NCBI GenBank assembly: GCA_032718475.1
Contig: JAUCBJ010006897.1
Location: 1-64,000 of the forward strand
Length of the DNA stretch: 64,000 nt
Reading direction: 5' to 3'
Source of the DNA: Nemertoderma westbladi
Taxonomy: Eukaryota > Animalia > Xenacoelomorpha
The translations under genes were made by a program, and so were the position numbers. Below the pieces are notes generated by a model. That model saw only the letters and a program-made list of their open reading frames with translations, was not told the DNA's origin and searched no databases. Positions 22,043-35,497 of the stretch are shown here, piece by piece. Within the stretch, counting starts at the first letter, position 1. Each line of letters opens with the position of its first letter.

Positions 22043-22656
22043 TGTTCGCGGTATTTCAACTTTCCATAAAATATGTTGAATATTTTTTGTATTGATTTAA
22101 AATGATTATTCCGATATTACTACTGGGTGCGGGACCATGGGTTTTGGGCACATTCTATAAACTGGGGGCGATTTATGGGCGAACTTTGGGGCGACTTACA
22201 GGGTACGGGACTAATTTCATGTTTATAAGGGCCAACTTCCTGCTGCCTGTAGAGGTGGATTTGGTAACGCGCCAGGCCTAAAGGACAAGGACTGCCCTTA
22301 GCGGTCCCTGGCCAACAGCAGTTATTACGAGCCTGAAAAGGACATCGGAACGCCAGCTGCTTGTGTCAGGGACTTGCGACGGGAAACGACACGACAGACC
22401 CCTAGCCAAGCCGTACTGGTTCTCGATGATCGTTCCCTTCGGGGTTCGTGAGGGGTGGTACGGATACGCGACAGAGTCTACCGACTGGACCGACCCTTAG
22501 CCAAGCCATGCTGGTTCTCGATGATCAATCCCTTCGGGGTTCGGGAGGGGTGGAACGGACACGCGACAGGGTCGACCGACACCGACACTACGGCATCAAG
22601 ACTAGGACCGAGGGAAAATCTGGGGAACATTAGTTAGGCTAAAATCTGAGCGAACA
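22043..22656 (+). repeat. 3' LTR (614 bp) of the BEL/Pao element
   Basis: Starts TGTTCGC and ends GCGAACA (7-bp terminal inverted repeat). TATA-like TTCTATAAA near 22154. Internal ~50-bp duplication at ~22398 and ~22493. Confidence 0.88.
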
Positions 22657-23829
22657 GTGGGTAATTAAATAATATACTGTAGGGATTTATATTGTCGTGT
22701 ATAATTATTGTGAATATTTGGTGTATATTGATTTGGGGAAGCCCAAAATTATTCTCAATCAGGATTGTACATTGTTACAGGATTCTAACAGGATTAACTA
22801 CATTAAAGAATATATCCAACCAATGCAGCTTTTTCTCAACTGCAATCTTGCATCTAAGAAATTCCTCCTTCTCCACAATCAATATCCGGTGACTGGCCGG
22901 GACTCCGTGGTCTGTAAAGCCCCGCCTCCAGCATCGGCGTTTTTCCCCCCTGGTGTCGGGATAACGGCAACACCTAGTCAGTTTACCTTTCACCACTGAT
23001 TGTAAAAGATGGTTACTATGGAAACTATTATAAGGTATTGGTAGTTTGTGGGATAATGGTTTGAAAAATACACCGGTATTAATGAGTCCATTATTGGGGT
23101 TGTGTTTAAGGTTTAGGTCTAGGAAGACTGTATTCGAGTTGGAAAAATCAAAAGTAAAACCAAAGTATTGCTACTATAGTAATAATAGTACTATAGTAAT
23201 TGCCATATTTAATTTATTTTATTTATTTTATTTAATTGCCTACTTTATTTAACCCTTTGCATACTGATTCAAAAATAAAGTGTCCTGCGAGAATCGCTAT
23301 ATTTTCACAGGTGTTATTTTCGAACTAAGTAAAACCTATATATAATACTTTAGTGCATGAAGCTATGGTAGACCAAAAGGAACATATTTTGATAAATTTT
23401 TCTGGGCCATTGCCCTTTGGTTGACATCAAATGTTTGACGTACTAGGTATGTCATGCAGCGCCCTTACATGACATACTTAGTATGTATATCAGAGCCCTT
23501 GCATGACATACATAGTATGTATATTAGTGCTCTTGCATGATATACTAGGTATGCATATCAGTCCTCTTGTATGACATACTTGAGCGCATTCCGATGTCTC
23601 TGATACTACTGTAATACCCCATGTTGTTAGATCAAAAACTAAGGAGAAAATTGCATTATTTTGAATATAATATATTCAAAATAAATATAATATATATAAT
23701 ATATAGCCAACTGAGCCTATCCCAACATATAATATGATAATAATATGATATATTATCAAATGAGTGTCATAAAATAAAACAATACAATTATAAAAAGCCA
23801 TATATTTAACTCAAAAGTATACTAACAAT

Positions 23830-26800
23830 CTGAGGCCGGACAGACAGATGGTCGGACTGTGTAGCCGCGCGACTAGGACGGATTGTCCCAGTAGATCCGG
23901 TGCTACAGAGATCAGAAACTTCGGACATAGAGTCCCCGATATCATCCTGTAGCACTGATGGTGTTTGTTTCCTCATACACGAAATTTCCGGTTAAAATTA
24001 AATTTTGAAAATTAACATTAAATAAATTGAAATCAAAAAATCAACAATACTGTTAATTTTATAGATATGAGATAATGGTGCGGTAATAAAAAATGCCCCA
24101 AAAGAGCGTGAATGGCCCCATACTAGGTATTTATTTTACTAATTGGAATATCAGGATGGTAAATAACTCGCTCGGAATTAAGCCATTTGTTTTGTAATCA
24201 GTTATATAGTAATTAGCAACATAAACTACATAGTAATGTAACCGCATATAGACGAACGCAATATTTATATATATTATAGAAATATATTTAGTGTTCAAAT
24301 TGAATAAGATTTTATTTCTATCAACGGGACTGTGATTGTAATTTCCGCAGGGGCCCCAAGTTATTCGGAACTACTGGATAGGAGTCTATATATATCCAAT
24401 CTATATGCATATCTCGCAATATAATTCAGCTAACTCACCATCCGTACTGGGTCATTCTGGCGGCCGTGCTGGGCAGCACTGCTACCGATTCCTACGTCAA
24501 CGTCTACCATTTCGACGTCCTCTCTAAGTAATCCCTCTCTCTCTCTTTCTATGAGAATACCTTCGTCCATGGTTTGAGTTGTTATATCTATGAGAACGTG
24601 GTATTTTCTCATGACGCATTCTCTGGCGTGGTACTTTTTCTTGCCGCAACGCCCCTGACAGTACGAACAAATACGGCATGGCATCCCTTACGTTTGCGGG
24701 CTTTCTTGAACTGAAAAAAAATAATTTAATGAGTTTTAATTAAATTATTACTTTATGTTTTGTCCCTATATTAATACTGTACTGGTAATGAAAAAAAAGG
24801 ACAGTAACTTTATTTGTTTTACCGAAACTAATTTCTAAAGTAATTTCAGTTACAAGATAAAAAGAAGATGAATTAATAGGTAAATATATAATATATCTCA
24901 CAATCTGGGGGCGGCAATAAGGACGGCTGGACTGGATTGGATCCGCTGCTCTACTTCGCATAGAATCCACGGATCCAAGACTACATCCGAACCTTCGGAC
25001 ATCGATTCTCCTATCTGCGCTATGCGCAGATATTCATTATGCGCGTCGTCTAGAACCGATATGAGTTGTTCCTTCCTGCAGGACGTATCCTGTGCAAAAT
25101 GGTAATAAAGAAATAAATAATGCCGGTACGAGTGAATATATATCTTATTAAATTACAATTACAAAACTATAAAGGAATAAAATAATATACATATTATATT
25201 TAATTGAACATAAGAGACCGGGTATTAAAAACTATAGAGTCTTGCTATTACGTAACCGAGAATCCCTTTATGAACGGCCCAACCATATTTATATTAATAT
25301 TATATTATAAACGTATAAACTTACATCTGGCGGCTGAGGAGCCGAATGGCCCGACACAGTGGGGAGGACAAGCTCAGATACAGCGGTGAAAATCGCTGTT
25401 GCAACCGAAATCTGATCCTCCTCTGTTACAGCAATAGCTTCCTGCAGGACCTAAACAATAATAACATAACAGTAGATAACTACAACGGAGATAAATAACC
25501 AGCAACCCCTTAGTAATATTAGCAGTAGAAGCTCAATGATATCAGCCCTAATATACATATGGTAATTACGTTTCAATAAAATTAATATATAATACTGTAC
25601 CTTAAGATTGTATGAGACATTAAGGCAAATCCGTTAAATTTAATTATTAAATGGTGATAATAAAAATAATAAATATTTTATAAAATAAACAGATAGAAAT
25701 AACATGCCGTAGGGCCTACCGTTATACAAACACTGTATACTCTACCGGAATAGACGGAGTGGGTGGAAAAATTGCATTATGCAAATAGTCGGGGTGGCTG
25801 GAATAAACGTTGTGGGTTGAAAATGTAACATACTTACTTAACATACAGTATACAGTAGGCATACAGGTACAGCAGTACCTACGGCTACCGGTGGTATACT
25901 CGGTACACGGTTTTTGTTTTCTTTCACTTTCAACTCTCAATTATTATGAGAACAAACGTTTATTTACTCATAATAAAAAATGTACTAAATTTTAGAAAAA
26001 ATTAATAGTCGGGGGGTGACATTTTATATGGGATAGTCTACTACTAACCATCGGTTCTGACTCAGTCACGCGGCCGGACTGGGTCGAAATCGACCTCGGA
26101 ACGAACGCGACGTATCGGTCGCCGTCCACTCCGATGTGTATCGCCCCACCTCGTCCCCTTGGGGGGGGGGGGGGGGGGGGGGGGCAGTAACAACTTGGCG
26201 CGGTTCGGTGCTGCGCCCGATGGACCGTGATCTCCATCTCTTCCATATCTCGTATCGCCTCTAGATTGACGTCGTTATACTGGCAATTATCAGACGTCAA
26301 TGAACGTAAATAAGCGGCGAATGATTGCGGCCCTCCAGTACGGAAGTGCCACTGCGGCCGGGAATACTTGGCCGTTCTCAGCGACATGTAGTGCGCCACG
26401 TGCTGCTTAAGATTTGTCCAGGTTCTGGGCTTCGAACTCGTATTCCTCTCCCCTTATATCCGCTTCTCTCTCCGCTGCCTCCCTCCTTTCTCTCCTCGCG
26501 ACCTCCTCCAGTCTCCTCTCCTCGACTCTATCCGCTTCCAACTTCTTCCACCTCTTGTACGGTGTGTCCACCTCTCTGTCCACTAGGTGTCGGCTATCGT
26601 AGTATACCGACTCGCCCTTCAGCCCCTGGTGGTCTGCAAGACCTTCAATGGCCACCTTAACCCTATTAAACCCGGGGGGGGGTCAATATGACCCTCCCCG
26701 TGGTTTTTTTATTATAATTCTGAAACAAACGCAGTTGGGAATCTGAAATTTTATGACTTTTCCTAAAAATCTATTGTCTTCCTAGTAGTGAAAACCGTTT

Positions 26801-28340
26801 TCAAAAATATTGGGTACTTTTCGAGTTATAGCACCATTTTTTAACCCTACTTTTGGCACTTTTTTTGAGACGTTTTTTGAAAATTACATTTCATTAAATA
26901 TGAATTGTAACATCTCTATTTATTATTTACACAGGTTTTTTGGTGTTAGAAATTTGATGGAATTCATATAAATTGATTTAGAAATTTCAAACTTGTTTTT
27001 TTCGGTGGGTGCCAAATTTTGGTGCCAGCACCAAATTTTGAAATAAGTCAATTTTGTAAATTGATCTTTTGAAACTTGTTTTTTACGCAATTGGGGTTTT
27101 TTGGGTTTCTGGATTCGATGAAATATATACAAGTTGCACCAAGCGTATCAAACTTGTATTTTTCGGTGCTGTGTGCAAATTTTGGTGCTAGCACGAAATT
27201 TTGAAAATCCATTCAATAGATAAAATTGCTTGTGACAACTTATTTCTTGCGTTTTAGAGGTTTATGGCTGTTCTGAATTCAATGGAAAATATAATTATCG
27301 AACTAGACATCTCAAACTTGTATTTTTCGGATGTGGGTGCAAAATGTGGTGCTAGCACCAAATTTTGAAAACCATCAAATATATCAATTGATTGTGTCAC
27401 TTTGTTTCTTGCGATATAAGGGTTTGTGATGGTTCTGAATTCAATGGAATCAGTAAAAATGTCATAAGACTTCTCAAACTTGTATTTTTCGCCGGTGGGT
27501 GAAAATTGTTGTGCCAGCACCAAATTTTGGAAAATATGCAAATTGATAAGTAGATAGTATCACCTTGTTTCTTGCGTTATACGGGTTTAGGAGGGTCCTG
27601 AATCCGATGGAATCAATAAAAACAGCACTGGACATCGCAAACTTGTACTTTTTGGTGATGGGTACGAAATTTGGTGCTAGCACCAAAATTTGCCAACAAA
27701 CGCCGAAAAATACAAGTAGCAATGATCTGGCATATTAGAAATGTATTCCATTAGAATCAGCGCCCTCGAAAACCTGATAATGTGAATTTATAGCATCGTA
27801 TAAGTGAATTAAAAATTTTGTGTTCTAACTGAAAAGTGCTGGTTACTTGTTTTTTTCATTTTTTCCTACGCAGAGAGGACTAAACAGCCATTTATAGTAA
27901 TCATATCATTTTTTAATATTTTCCAATGTATTTTGCACCCTAGAAAACCTGTATTGAAAAATAATTAGCCGAAAATGTAACTTTCAAATTTGGTGAAAAT
28001 TGTGCACTACTTGTAATTTTTGTGCTGCAATATAACCACCCCAGTACATTTTTTCGAAATTTTTTTTTTTCGGTCGGATCCAGACAAGTGATACCTACGT
28101 ACAAACAAAAAATCAGACATTTTTGTAAATGTTTGTAGATTTTAGAGGGGGGGGGTCAATATGACCCCCTCCCGGTATTTGTACAACATTTTATAGCCCG
28201 GTACTAATAGGGTTAAAGGCTCTCCTGTGATTCAGAGGTGCTCCTGATAGTAGAAACGCCGTTGGCTCTCTTCCGATAACGTTTCTCTCCTCATATAGAA
28301 TCGCAGTGGAACTTCCAAGCACTTTGCTTAAGTCCGACAT
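23830..28340 (-). pseudogene. Multi-exon gene with a degenerate OTU-like domain, split by a piggyBac-type element
   Basis: ATG at 28340. Removing the TTAA insert joins ...NHRRAFK-VAIEGLAD in frame. After a frameshift near 26410 it reads LKQHVAHYMS...SFAAYLRSLTSDNCQYNDVNLEAIRDMEEMEITVH...IHIGVDGDRYVAFVP, which resembles an OTU helical core and final strands. Further GC-richer exon-like blocks lie at ~25325-25450, ~24900-25090, ~24435-24712 and ~23830-23975. Confidence 0.5.
26661..28212. mobile_element. Non-autonomous piggyBac-type element (1552 bp)
   Basis: TTAA at 26657-26660 and 28213-28216, ends CCCTATTA...TAATAGGG, internal ~120-bp degenerate repeats (TGGTGCTAGCACCAAAATTT). A second, inverted copy lies at 51257-53663. 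Confidence 0.92.
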
Positions 28341-31224
28341 TAGGCAGTTCAGCAGTTAGGATGATAATAATATAAATAATAAATAGCCAAAAGGCACCAA
28401 TAAAGATCACAATGAATGCAAAAAATAAAAGTTATAAAGGCGAGGAACTGTATCTATGAGTGACATTTCCAAACACATAGTGTCGGTCCCTACTTGGCTT
28501 GTCAATCAACAAACAGCTGTGCTTGGACTGTCGACGCCTACTTGGCTTGTCAATCAACAAACGTTGATTTGAACGAATTTCGTCTATTTGAACGTCAAAA
28601 TTAGTCATATGGCTTAGGGAAAAAATCACGACAAAGGTGAGGAAAGCAACATTTTCTCACTATAAATGTAAATTTTTAGGTAGAATCCATTTCGAAGGGT
28701 ATCCAAAGCTGTAGTTGAGTGGATGACATTGATATCGATGGTTTGAGTGAACTTAAAATTATAATTTTTTCTTACAGTAAACATTTTTTTTGTAATAACG
28801 TACAAACAACATGGACTTACGAATTAAAACTTTTTTTATATTTAACTCGTAGATGATATTGCCAAACTGTGAGAAGTATTTGAAGTACGACATTAAAACA
28901 CTTCCATTCACAGTCAAATCTTGATATTATTTCTTAAAACTTGTAACATTACGTTGTTCAATCTATTATTGATAAATTTCATTAACAAACATTTTTATTT
29001 TTATAAATAATGAAGACTTTCCTGTTTAATATTATAAAATACATTCGATGTAAAGAACAACATCAACGAAATTAGAAACTTCTATCATGAACATGGAAAA
29101 TGTTAAGTAAAAAGTCAATCTTTCACATAGTAACTATATTATAGAAATGTTACAGCCACTGTAAATACGTTACATGTATTATTTATCAAATAAGAACACC
29201 ACCATGCACTTGAATGTTATTGTATTATTTCAGTAGTTATTACCGTGCCAAGTGGTTTTATGTTCTAGAATAAATATTTGACCTTTTGACAGCAAGATGG
29301 TAGCTAGTAATTTTGTGATATTGGTACAAGTATTATGTATAACCAGTACTAGTACAGTATGTATGTATACAGCAAATTTGTGTTAATTTATTGTGTTTTA
29401 TGCCATTTTATTATGTTGTAGAACATTGGTGATTGTTCTAGAACCTTAGTAGAAATTTATTAATGGTAGCTCGTTTTTTTTACTAGCTACTATTTTTTTG
29501 AAAATTAAAAAATATAATATTGTTTTATAGTGTTTTTTTTGGATATTGGTGAATGTTCTAGAACCTTAATAGATATTTTTTTATGGTAGCTAGTGTGTTT
29601 TTTTAATAGCTAGTATTTTTTGAAAAAAAAATGATAGATATTTCTATCTTTTCTAGAATTTTCTAGATATTTTATCTAGAAAGAGTTCTATCTAGATTTA
29701 TTATCACGATGTGAGGTTAATTGAGTAACATCGGTTTCTGGTAGTTGTCTAAATAAAACGGCTAGAGTATGTTCGGGTGAGAAGTCGTCAACATTTTCGT
29801 TCGCTCCATTTCTAAGTATATCTAAGAGTTCAGTAGATTTGGGCTTCTTAGCATAATATGTCTGGCAGGTAGTTCAGGGTGGTAATGTATACGAAATTAG
29901 AAATGTAGTGGAGAAACTTAGAAGAAAACCTCGCCAGTTAACATTTTGGGAACTAAATTTTGACACAATTTCCGATAATATAGAACAATTTGTTACAATT
30001 GTACTAGCTAACCAAACAATTATTGGTTCTTGAGTCTTATAACTGATTGCTAACTTGATTGCTTATAACTGATAGACTGTTCGCAAACGTTGGAATATAT
30101 TGTCATAATGATATATTTCATTGTCTTATATATGTAAATGATTTATTGTTCTGCTCATGCAGTATTATTTTTATTACTTGTATTTAAATATTTTTTTAGA
30201 AATATTATTTCACTTCCTTGCTATATTCAGACATCCAAGTCTTGGCGTACACATGGGATTTATTTCATAATTTTGTATATCCTTTTGGTTTCTGGTTGTG
30301 GTCCAAGTTGTTATACATATCGCAACTGTTGCTAATAAATCCAACAAAGGGTGGTGCCGTCAATTAATTACTTACAAAATATACCAGTAAAAATATTCAT
30401 AAAACCTTTTTTTTTATGCTGATATTACAAATTTAGCCTTTCTCATTTCAATGTTACTGGATGTGTGGAGGGGTCGTGTTTTTAGTACTGTATGTAACAT
30501 ATGTTAGATATATCAATAACCAAACATATTAACCCGAAAATAATGAACTGCAATTAATAGGCTAGAGAATAATGCCTGATTTTGTAAGGAATTTATTCTG
30601 CATATTATATGAGGTAGTCTCCCCTATGTCCCATCCACACTCGTGTTGATGGGTCATAGGGGCTATTAAAGTGCACATGATGAAGACATTCTGATAGACT
30701 CCTCCCCTCCCCACCCTGTATATCTTTTTTTTAGTGAGAGATTGTGGTGAACCTTTAAGAAAGCCAGGAAGATGCCAAATTAATAATAATTTTCAGTCGT
30801 TTAAATGTCGTACATTACAATTTACAACAAATAACTTTGACTTACAATAGGAATAGCCTGGGATTAGTTTTTAAATACAGTGTTTCACATTTGTTGATAT
30901 CAATAATTTCAAAATGCCATGAAAGTAAGAAAATTTATTGTACGGATATTGAAATATGCAATGTTGCATGTACATAATATATTTTAAATATCTATATCTA
31001 ATAATTTCTCTATTGAAACTAATTAAAGTTTATCGAATGAATTCAGCATATCCTTGGTCATCGAATTGGCGGTATCATGTACATACTTATCTCTATAACG
31101 ACTATTTTGATTATCTGAATCTCAATGTTATGTTACAAAGTGTGAGAGGGTGGTACTGTAACATTTGTTACAGTACCACTCTTTTACAGACTTAGTTTTT
31201 ACAGTACCACCCAGTTTACAAAAT

Positions 31225-31440
31225 ATTTAATATTTTTTTTGTATTTTGGCACGCATTTTCAATTTTTTTTGGGTTTACAATATATTTTATATTTTTTTTT
31301 GTATTTCGGAACGCATTTTATATTTTTTTGGGTTTACAAAATATTTAATATATTTTTTTTGTATTTCGGCACGCATTGTCTACTTTTTTTGGTTTACAAT
31401 ATATTTTATATTTTTTTTTGTTTTTTCGAAAGTATTTTAT
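31225..31440. repeat. ~60-bp T-rich tandem repeat, ~3.5 copies
   Basis: Recurring TTTTGTATTTCGGCACGCATT...TTTTGGGTTTACAA. Confidence 0.8.
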
Positions 31441-32784
31441 ATATTTATATTTTATATAATTTTTTGAGGTTAACAAAATGTATTGATTTTTTAGTATTTT
31501 TTCCTGATATATATATATATAATTAAAAAAATAGGACAGGGGCTAATGTATGTATACTAGTAAAAGTACTTAACGTAACATAAAAACAAACAATAAATCT
31601 TATATCTCCTCTTATATCTTCCTCTCTTCAATAAACTCATTTACTTTATTGGGCTCTGACGGCCATATATAGGATATATGGGCGTCAGCCTCTGGTGAAA
31701 TAGTTGACTCGCCATCCGCCTGTGTGATGGTACCACACTTAAACCATCCTACTACCGACCAACCACATTCTCTGTTGACCCTTTCTGAAATATCTTTCAC
31801 TGCATCCTTCAAGGCTGGAACCCCGAAATTTCCCAAAGGTAAAGCCAGCCTTGAAGGATTAATAAAAAGTTTTGAAAGATGGAACGAGAATAGCCGGTCC
31901 TCGGCTTCCGGAAATCCTGGAATATCTGGATTTACAAACATTCCAGCACACCAGTTGGTCTGCTGACACACCAGAACGCCTGGTCTTATAATAACAGGCA
32001 CATACTGCCTCCTTAGTGCTGGCACGTTTGTCACAAAGCAGCCCACTACACCTCTCCCCTACAACACACACCCCGGAGATACTGACTTTCACACCCTTGT
32101 AACTAAACATATGAGTGTCAGTATCGCCAGGGTATTTGTTGTAGGGGACGTAGGGAACTTCGTAAGCTGGGCCAGGGGTTAGTTCAATAGGGGATCCTGT
32201 ATGTATTATTGGATTGGCCGAGTCGTTGCTCATGTATTTACAGTTAAAATATGGGGCAGAAATTGATACTCGTGCTCCAACGTATAGGTCACTTGTAAGT
32301 AGTTTCACGGTTGACTCTTCGGAGTGGCCCTGTGTTTGAGTTAATATATAACATGTCATGGCACTGTTAATATCACCAATACATAAGAGCCGGTCATATC
32401 GTCGGTAATTCGACAAAACCCCCTAAGTCGATTTTTGTAGTTTTGAGAAAAACGAAAAAAACTGAATATTTTAAGAAATCTTGAGTAATGCGATCTAATT
32501 TTTGACTAAATATAATCTAAAATAGCGTATAATTTGTTTGGGCACATATTTTTAGAGGTAGATCGCATTTTAGACCATTTAATTTGATATCTGTTGTTTT
32601 GCCAGATTGTGAAACAAAATAGTTAGGTTAGAACATACAATTAAGGGGGGTTATCTTTAGCATCTGGGGTTTTATCAGATACAGTCTGGCCCATTAAATG
32701 ACTTATTAGTGGGTCTAAGGGTTCAATAAAGCAAAGCTCTTATATTAGAAACACTGTAATATTACCATTATTTTTATAATTACT

Positions 32785-33270
32785 ACTTCTATCAGCATGC
32801 TGCATTGCAACTGCATTATTATGTATTACATACTGTATATATTACATCACATCTCCCTACCACCCATGACATTTGCTAGATCATCCGCATCTTCAAGGCC
32901 AGTGTTTAGATACGCCTCTAACAGGCGTCCCAAGAAAGGCATGGGCTGTCCACCATGTTTATTTATTCGCCAAAGCACAATATTATGCACTGGCTGGTAC
33001 TCACGGCGAAAGCAATGTCCTGCAAAGCGGAGGCGGTTCAGGTCAAGTGTCAAGCTAAGGAAGACTAATGGATGTTTCCTCCAATGTTGTATAGAGTCTG
33101 ATTGGAGATGTGTTCATTATACTTGACACAATAAACCCGGCACATCATTCTTGTGAAAGTGCCATCCAGAGATTTGTAATCCTCTGCAGTTAGAAGCCAG
33201 CACACACTCCCATATACGAGTACTGGTTCTACTGCTGCTCTAAAGGGAATCGAACCTTTAGATTCCGTTT
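32785..33270 (-). mobile_element. Degraded RTE-clade LINE 3' fragment
   Basis: RLRFAGHCFRREYQPVHNIVLW...DADDLANVMG; same family as 16682-17162. Confidence 0.85.
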
Positions 33271-33555
33271 TATTCCACGGGACAGCCCAGACTCCCTATT
33301 TTTATAACTGTCTAACTGTCTACTTTATAACTTCTAAAACAGATAAATCTCGATTCGTCATTGCTTCACCGTGAACATCTCCTCAGCTACACTCACTAAC
33401 TGATTGAACATCTCCAGCTAAACTCCATAATCGGCCTGCTGCATTGAAACTGGTCATTGAGATGCTGGCCTAAGAAAAATATTTTGCTACCACCATGCAA
33501 TCCGCAATTGACAAGCCCAATCCAGGGGATTAAGCATTAGCATAATTAATTTGAG

Positions 33556-34695
33556 AATTAAGAATGCTATGCCGGCTTATCTACGAAGATTCATCGCCAC
33601 AAACTCCCTATCCCCCATGACTTTCGCGAGACTATTCGCAACTACCAAGCCAGTGTCCTTTAAGAGGCGTCTCACAAAAGTCATGTGCTGTCCACCATGC
33701 TTATTTTCTCCATGGGGCTTCCAAAGCACAAGATTATGCACAGGCTGGTCCTCACTGCGAAAACAATCTCCTGCAAAGCGGAGTGTTCAAGTGTCAAGCT
33801 TGGGGAAACCAATGAGACACCTCCAATGTTATATAGTGTCTGGTTGGAGATGTGTGCATTGTACATGACACAATGAACCCGGCGTAGCATTCATGTGAAT
33901 GTGCCATCCAGAGATTTGGTGTCCTCAGCAGTTATAGCTCAGCCTGGACTCCCATAGAGGAGTACTGGAACTACTGCTGCTCTAAATCATTGGACCTTAA
34001 GTTTCCCATTAATTCTTGGTGACTTTCAAATCCTGGAAAGCCTATTCAAGGCTGCCCATGCCTTTCCCTTACGTATTCGAAGGTCCTCACCTGACTTCCG
34101 GATCCATGAGCCCAGGTAACAGAAGTCTTCCACTTGCTCAAGCATACCATCCTTTGAGCTTATGCTCATCCGGTCAGAGACTTGCTGAGGACTTTCAAAG
34201 TTAACTGTCAATTTTCTAATGAGCTGAGGAGCTGTTCGGTTCCTTCTAGTGATTATGAGAGTACTCCTAAGTCATCAGCAAAGTCTAGATCAGTGAGGTA
34301 CTTGGCAGGATTTCCCCGACTTCTGGAGCCAGTAGGTGGAGTTACCATCACCCCATCACCATTATGATGATCTAAGGACATTAGTAGAACATAGTCAACC
34401 ACAATTATGAACAAGAATGGCGCAAGTGTGTCTCCTTGGAGGACTCCCCATAACATGTCGAATGGTTCTGTGTCACCGTCAACAGTAGCAGCAATAGCAA
34501 AAATAGTAAAAATGTCTTCGAACCAACCATCTTACTAATCTGATTGCTGCAATAATTCCATCAGGAATCCCACATAATGAAAGTATGCTAAACATACGTG
34601 AGCGAGAGTCTGAATCAAAGGGCTTGACGAAGTCAACAAAGCTAACAGCCAGATGTCTGTCTTTCTTTTTTGACAACTCTTCAATTATCCTTCAA
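33556..34695 (-). mobile_element. Degraded RTE-clade LINE fragment including the RT core
   Basis: FVDFVKPFDS, GVLQGDTLAPFLFIIVVDY, LTDLDFADDL and LEQVEDFCYLGSWI, followed by the same C-terminus as 16682-17162. Several frameshifts. Confidence 0.9.
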
Positions 34696-34743
34696 AGTGA
34701 AAAAATGGGCTCACATGGTCCCACGACATTTATACGGAACCCA

Positions 34744-35215
34744 AATCATCTCCAGCTACACTCACAACTGATTGAACATTGTCAGTTACATTCACTACCG
34801 GTTGAACATCTCCAGCTATACTCACTACCGGTTGAACATCTCCCGCTACATACACTACCGGTTGAACATATCCAGTTACACTCACTACCAGTTGAAAATC
34901 TTCAGTTACACTCAGTACAGGTTGAACATCTTCAGTTACACTCAATAGCGGTTGAACATCTCTAGCTACACTCACTACCGGTTGAACATCTCCAGTTCCT
35001 CTCACTACCAGTTGAACATCTTCAGTTACACTCACTACCGGTTGAACATCTCCAGCTACTCTCACTACCGGTTGAACATCTTCAGTTACACTCACTACCA
35101 GTTAAAAATCTCCAGTTACACTTAGTACTGGTTAAACATCTTCAGCTGCACTCACTAGTGGTTGAACATCTTCAGCTACACTCACTACTGGTTGAACATC
35201 TTCAGCTACACTCAC
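34744..35215. repeat. 30-bp minisatellite, ~16 copies
   Basis: Unit GTTGAACATCTCCAGCTACACTCACTACCG. Two related units also occur at ~33372-33425. Confidence 0.92.
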
Positions 35216-35319
35216 CTAGAGTATATCTACAGTTATATAAAGTAACTTGTAAATGGACCAGTAGACTTGTAAATAATCTTGTACTGAAGTACGCAGTCTC
35301 ATGGAGTGAATACGCATAG

Positions 35320-35497
35320 TGGACAGCCCATGACTTTCTTGAGGCGCATCTCAAAGGACACTGGCCTTGAAGATGCGGATGATCTAGCAAATGTCATGGG
35401 TAATAGGGATTTGTGGCGTTGCAATTTTGTGGACATGCCGGCACAGCATTCTTAAAATGCACCTGCAATGAAGCGTGCCGATCCTAGTAGTAGTAGT
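35320..35497 (+). mobile_element. Short RTE LINE 3' end with (TAG)n tail
   Basis: GGACAGCCCATGACTTTCTTGAG...GCCGATCCTAGTAGTAGTAG is the reverse complement of the 3' end at 16682. Confidence 0.85.

Larger units (their letters stand above)
17571..22656 (+). mobile_element. 3' half of a BEL/Pao LTR retrotransposon with an extra ORF
   Basis: BEL-specific pol C-terminus, then a long extra ORF, then a polypurine tract and a TG...CA LTR. No gag, RT or 5' LTR lies upstream. Confidence 0.85.

Noticed and set aside
23249-23600. TTAA-CCCTTTG start with CATGACATACT subrepeats, resembling a piggyBac left end
   Set aside because: I found no matching right end, so it is not called as an element.
26162-26184. 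Poly-G runs (also ~15446-15465) giving a poly-Pro stretch
   Set aside because: Homopolymer expansion or sequencing artefact; the length is unreliable.
29710-30032. Moderately open + strand frame (…YVWQVVQGGNVYEIRNVVEKLRRK…)
   Set aside because: Interrupted by a stop and has no recognisable motif; not supportable as a gene.
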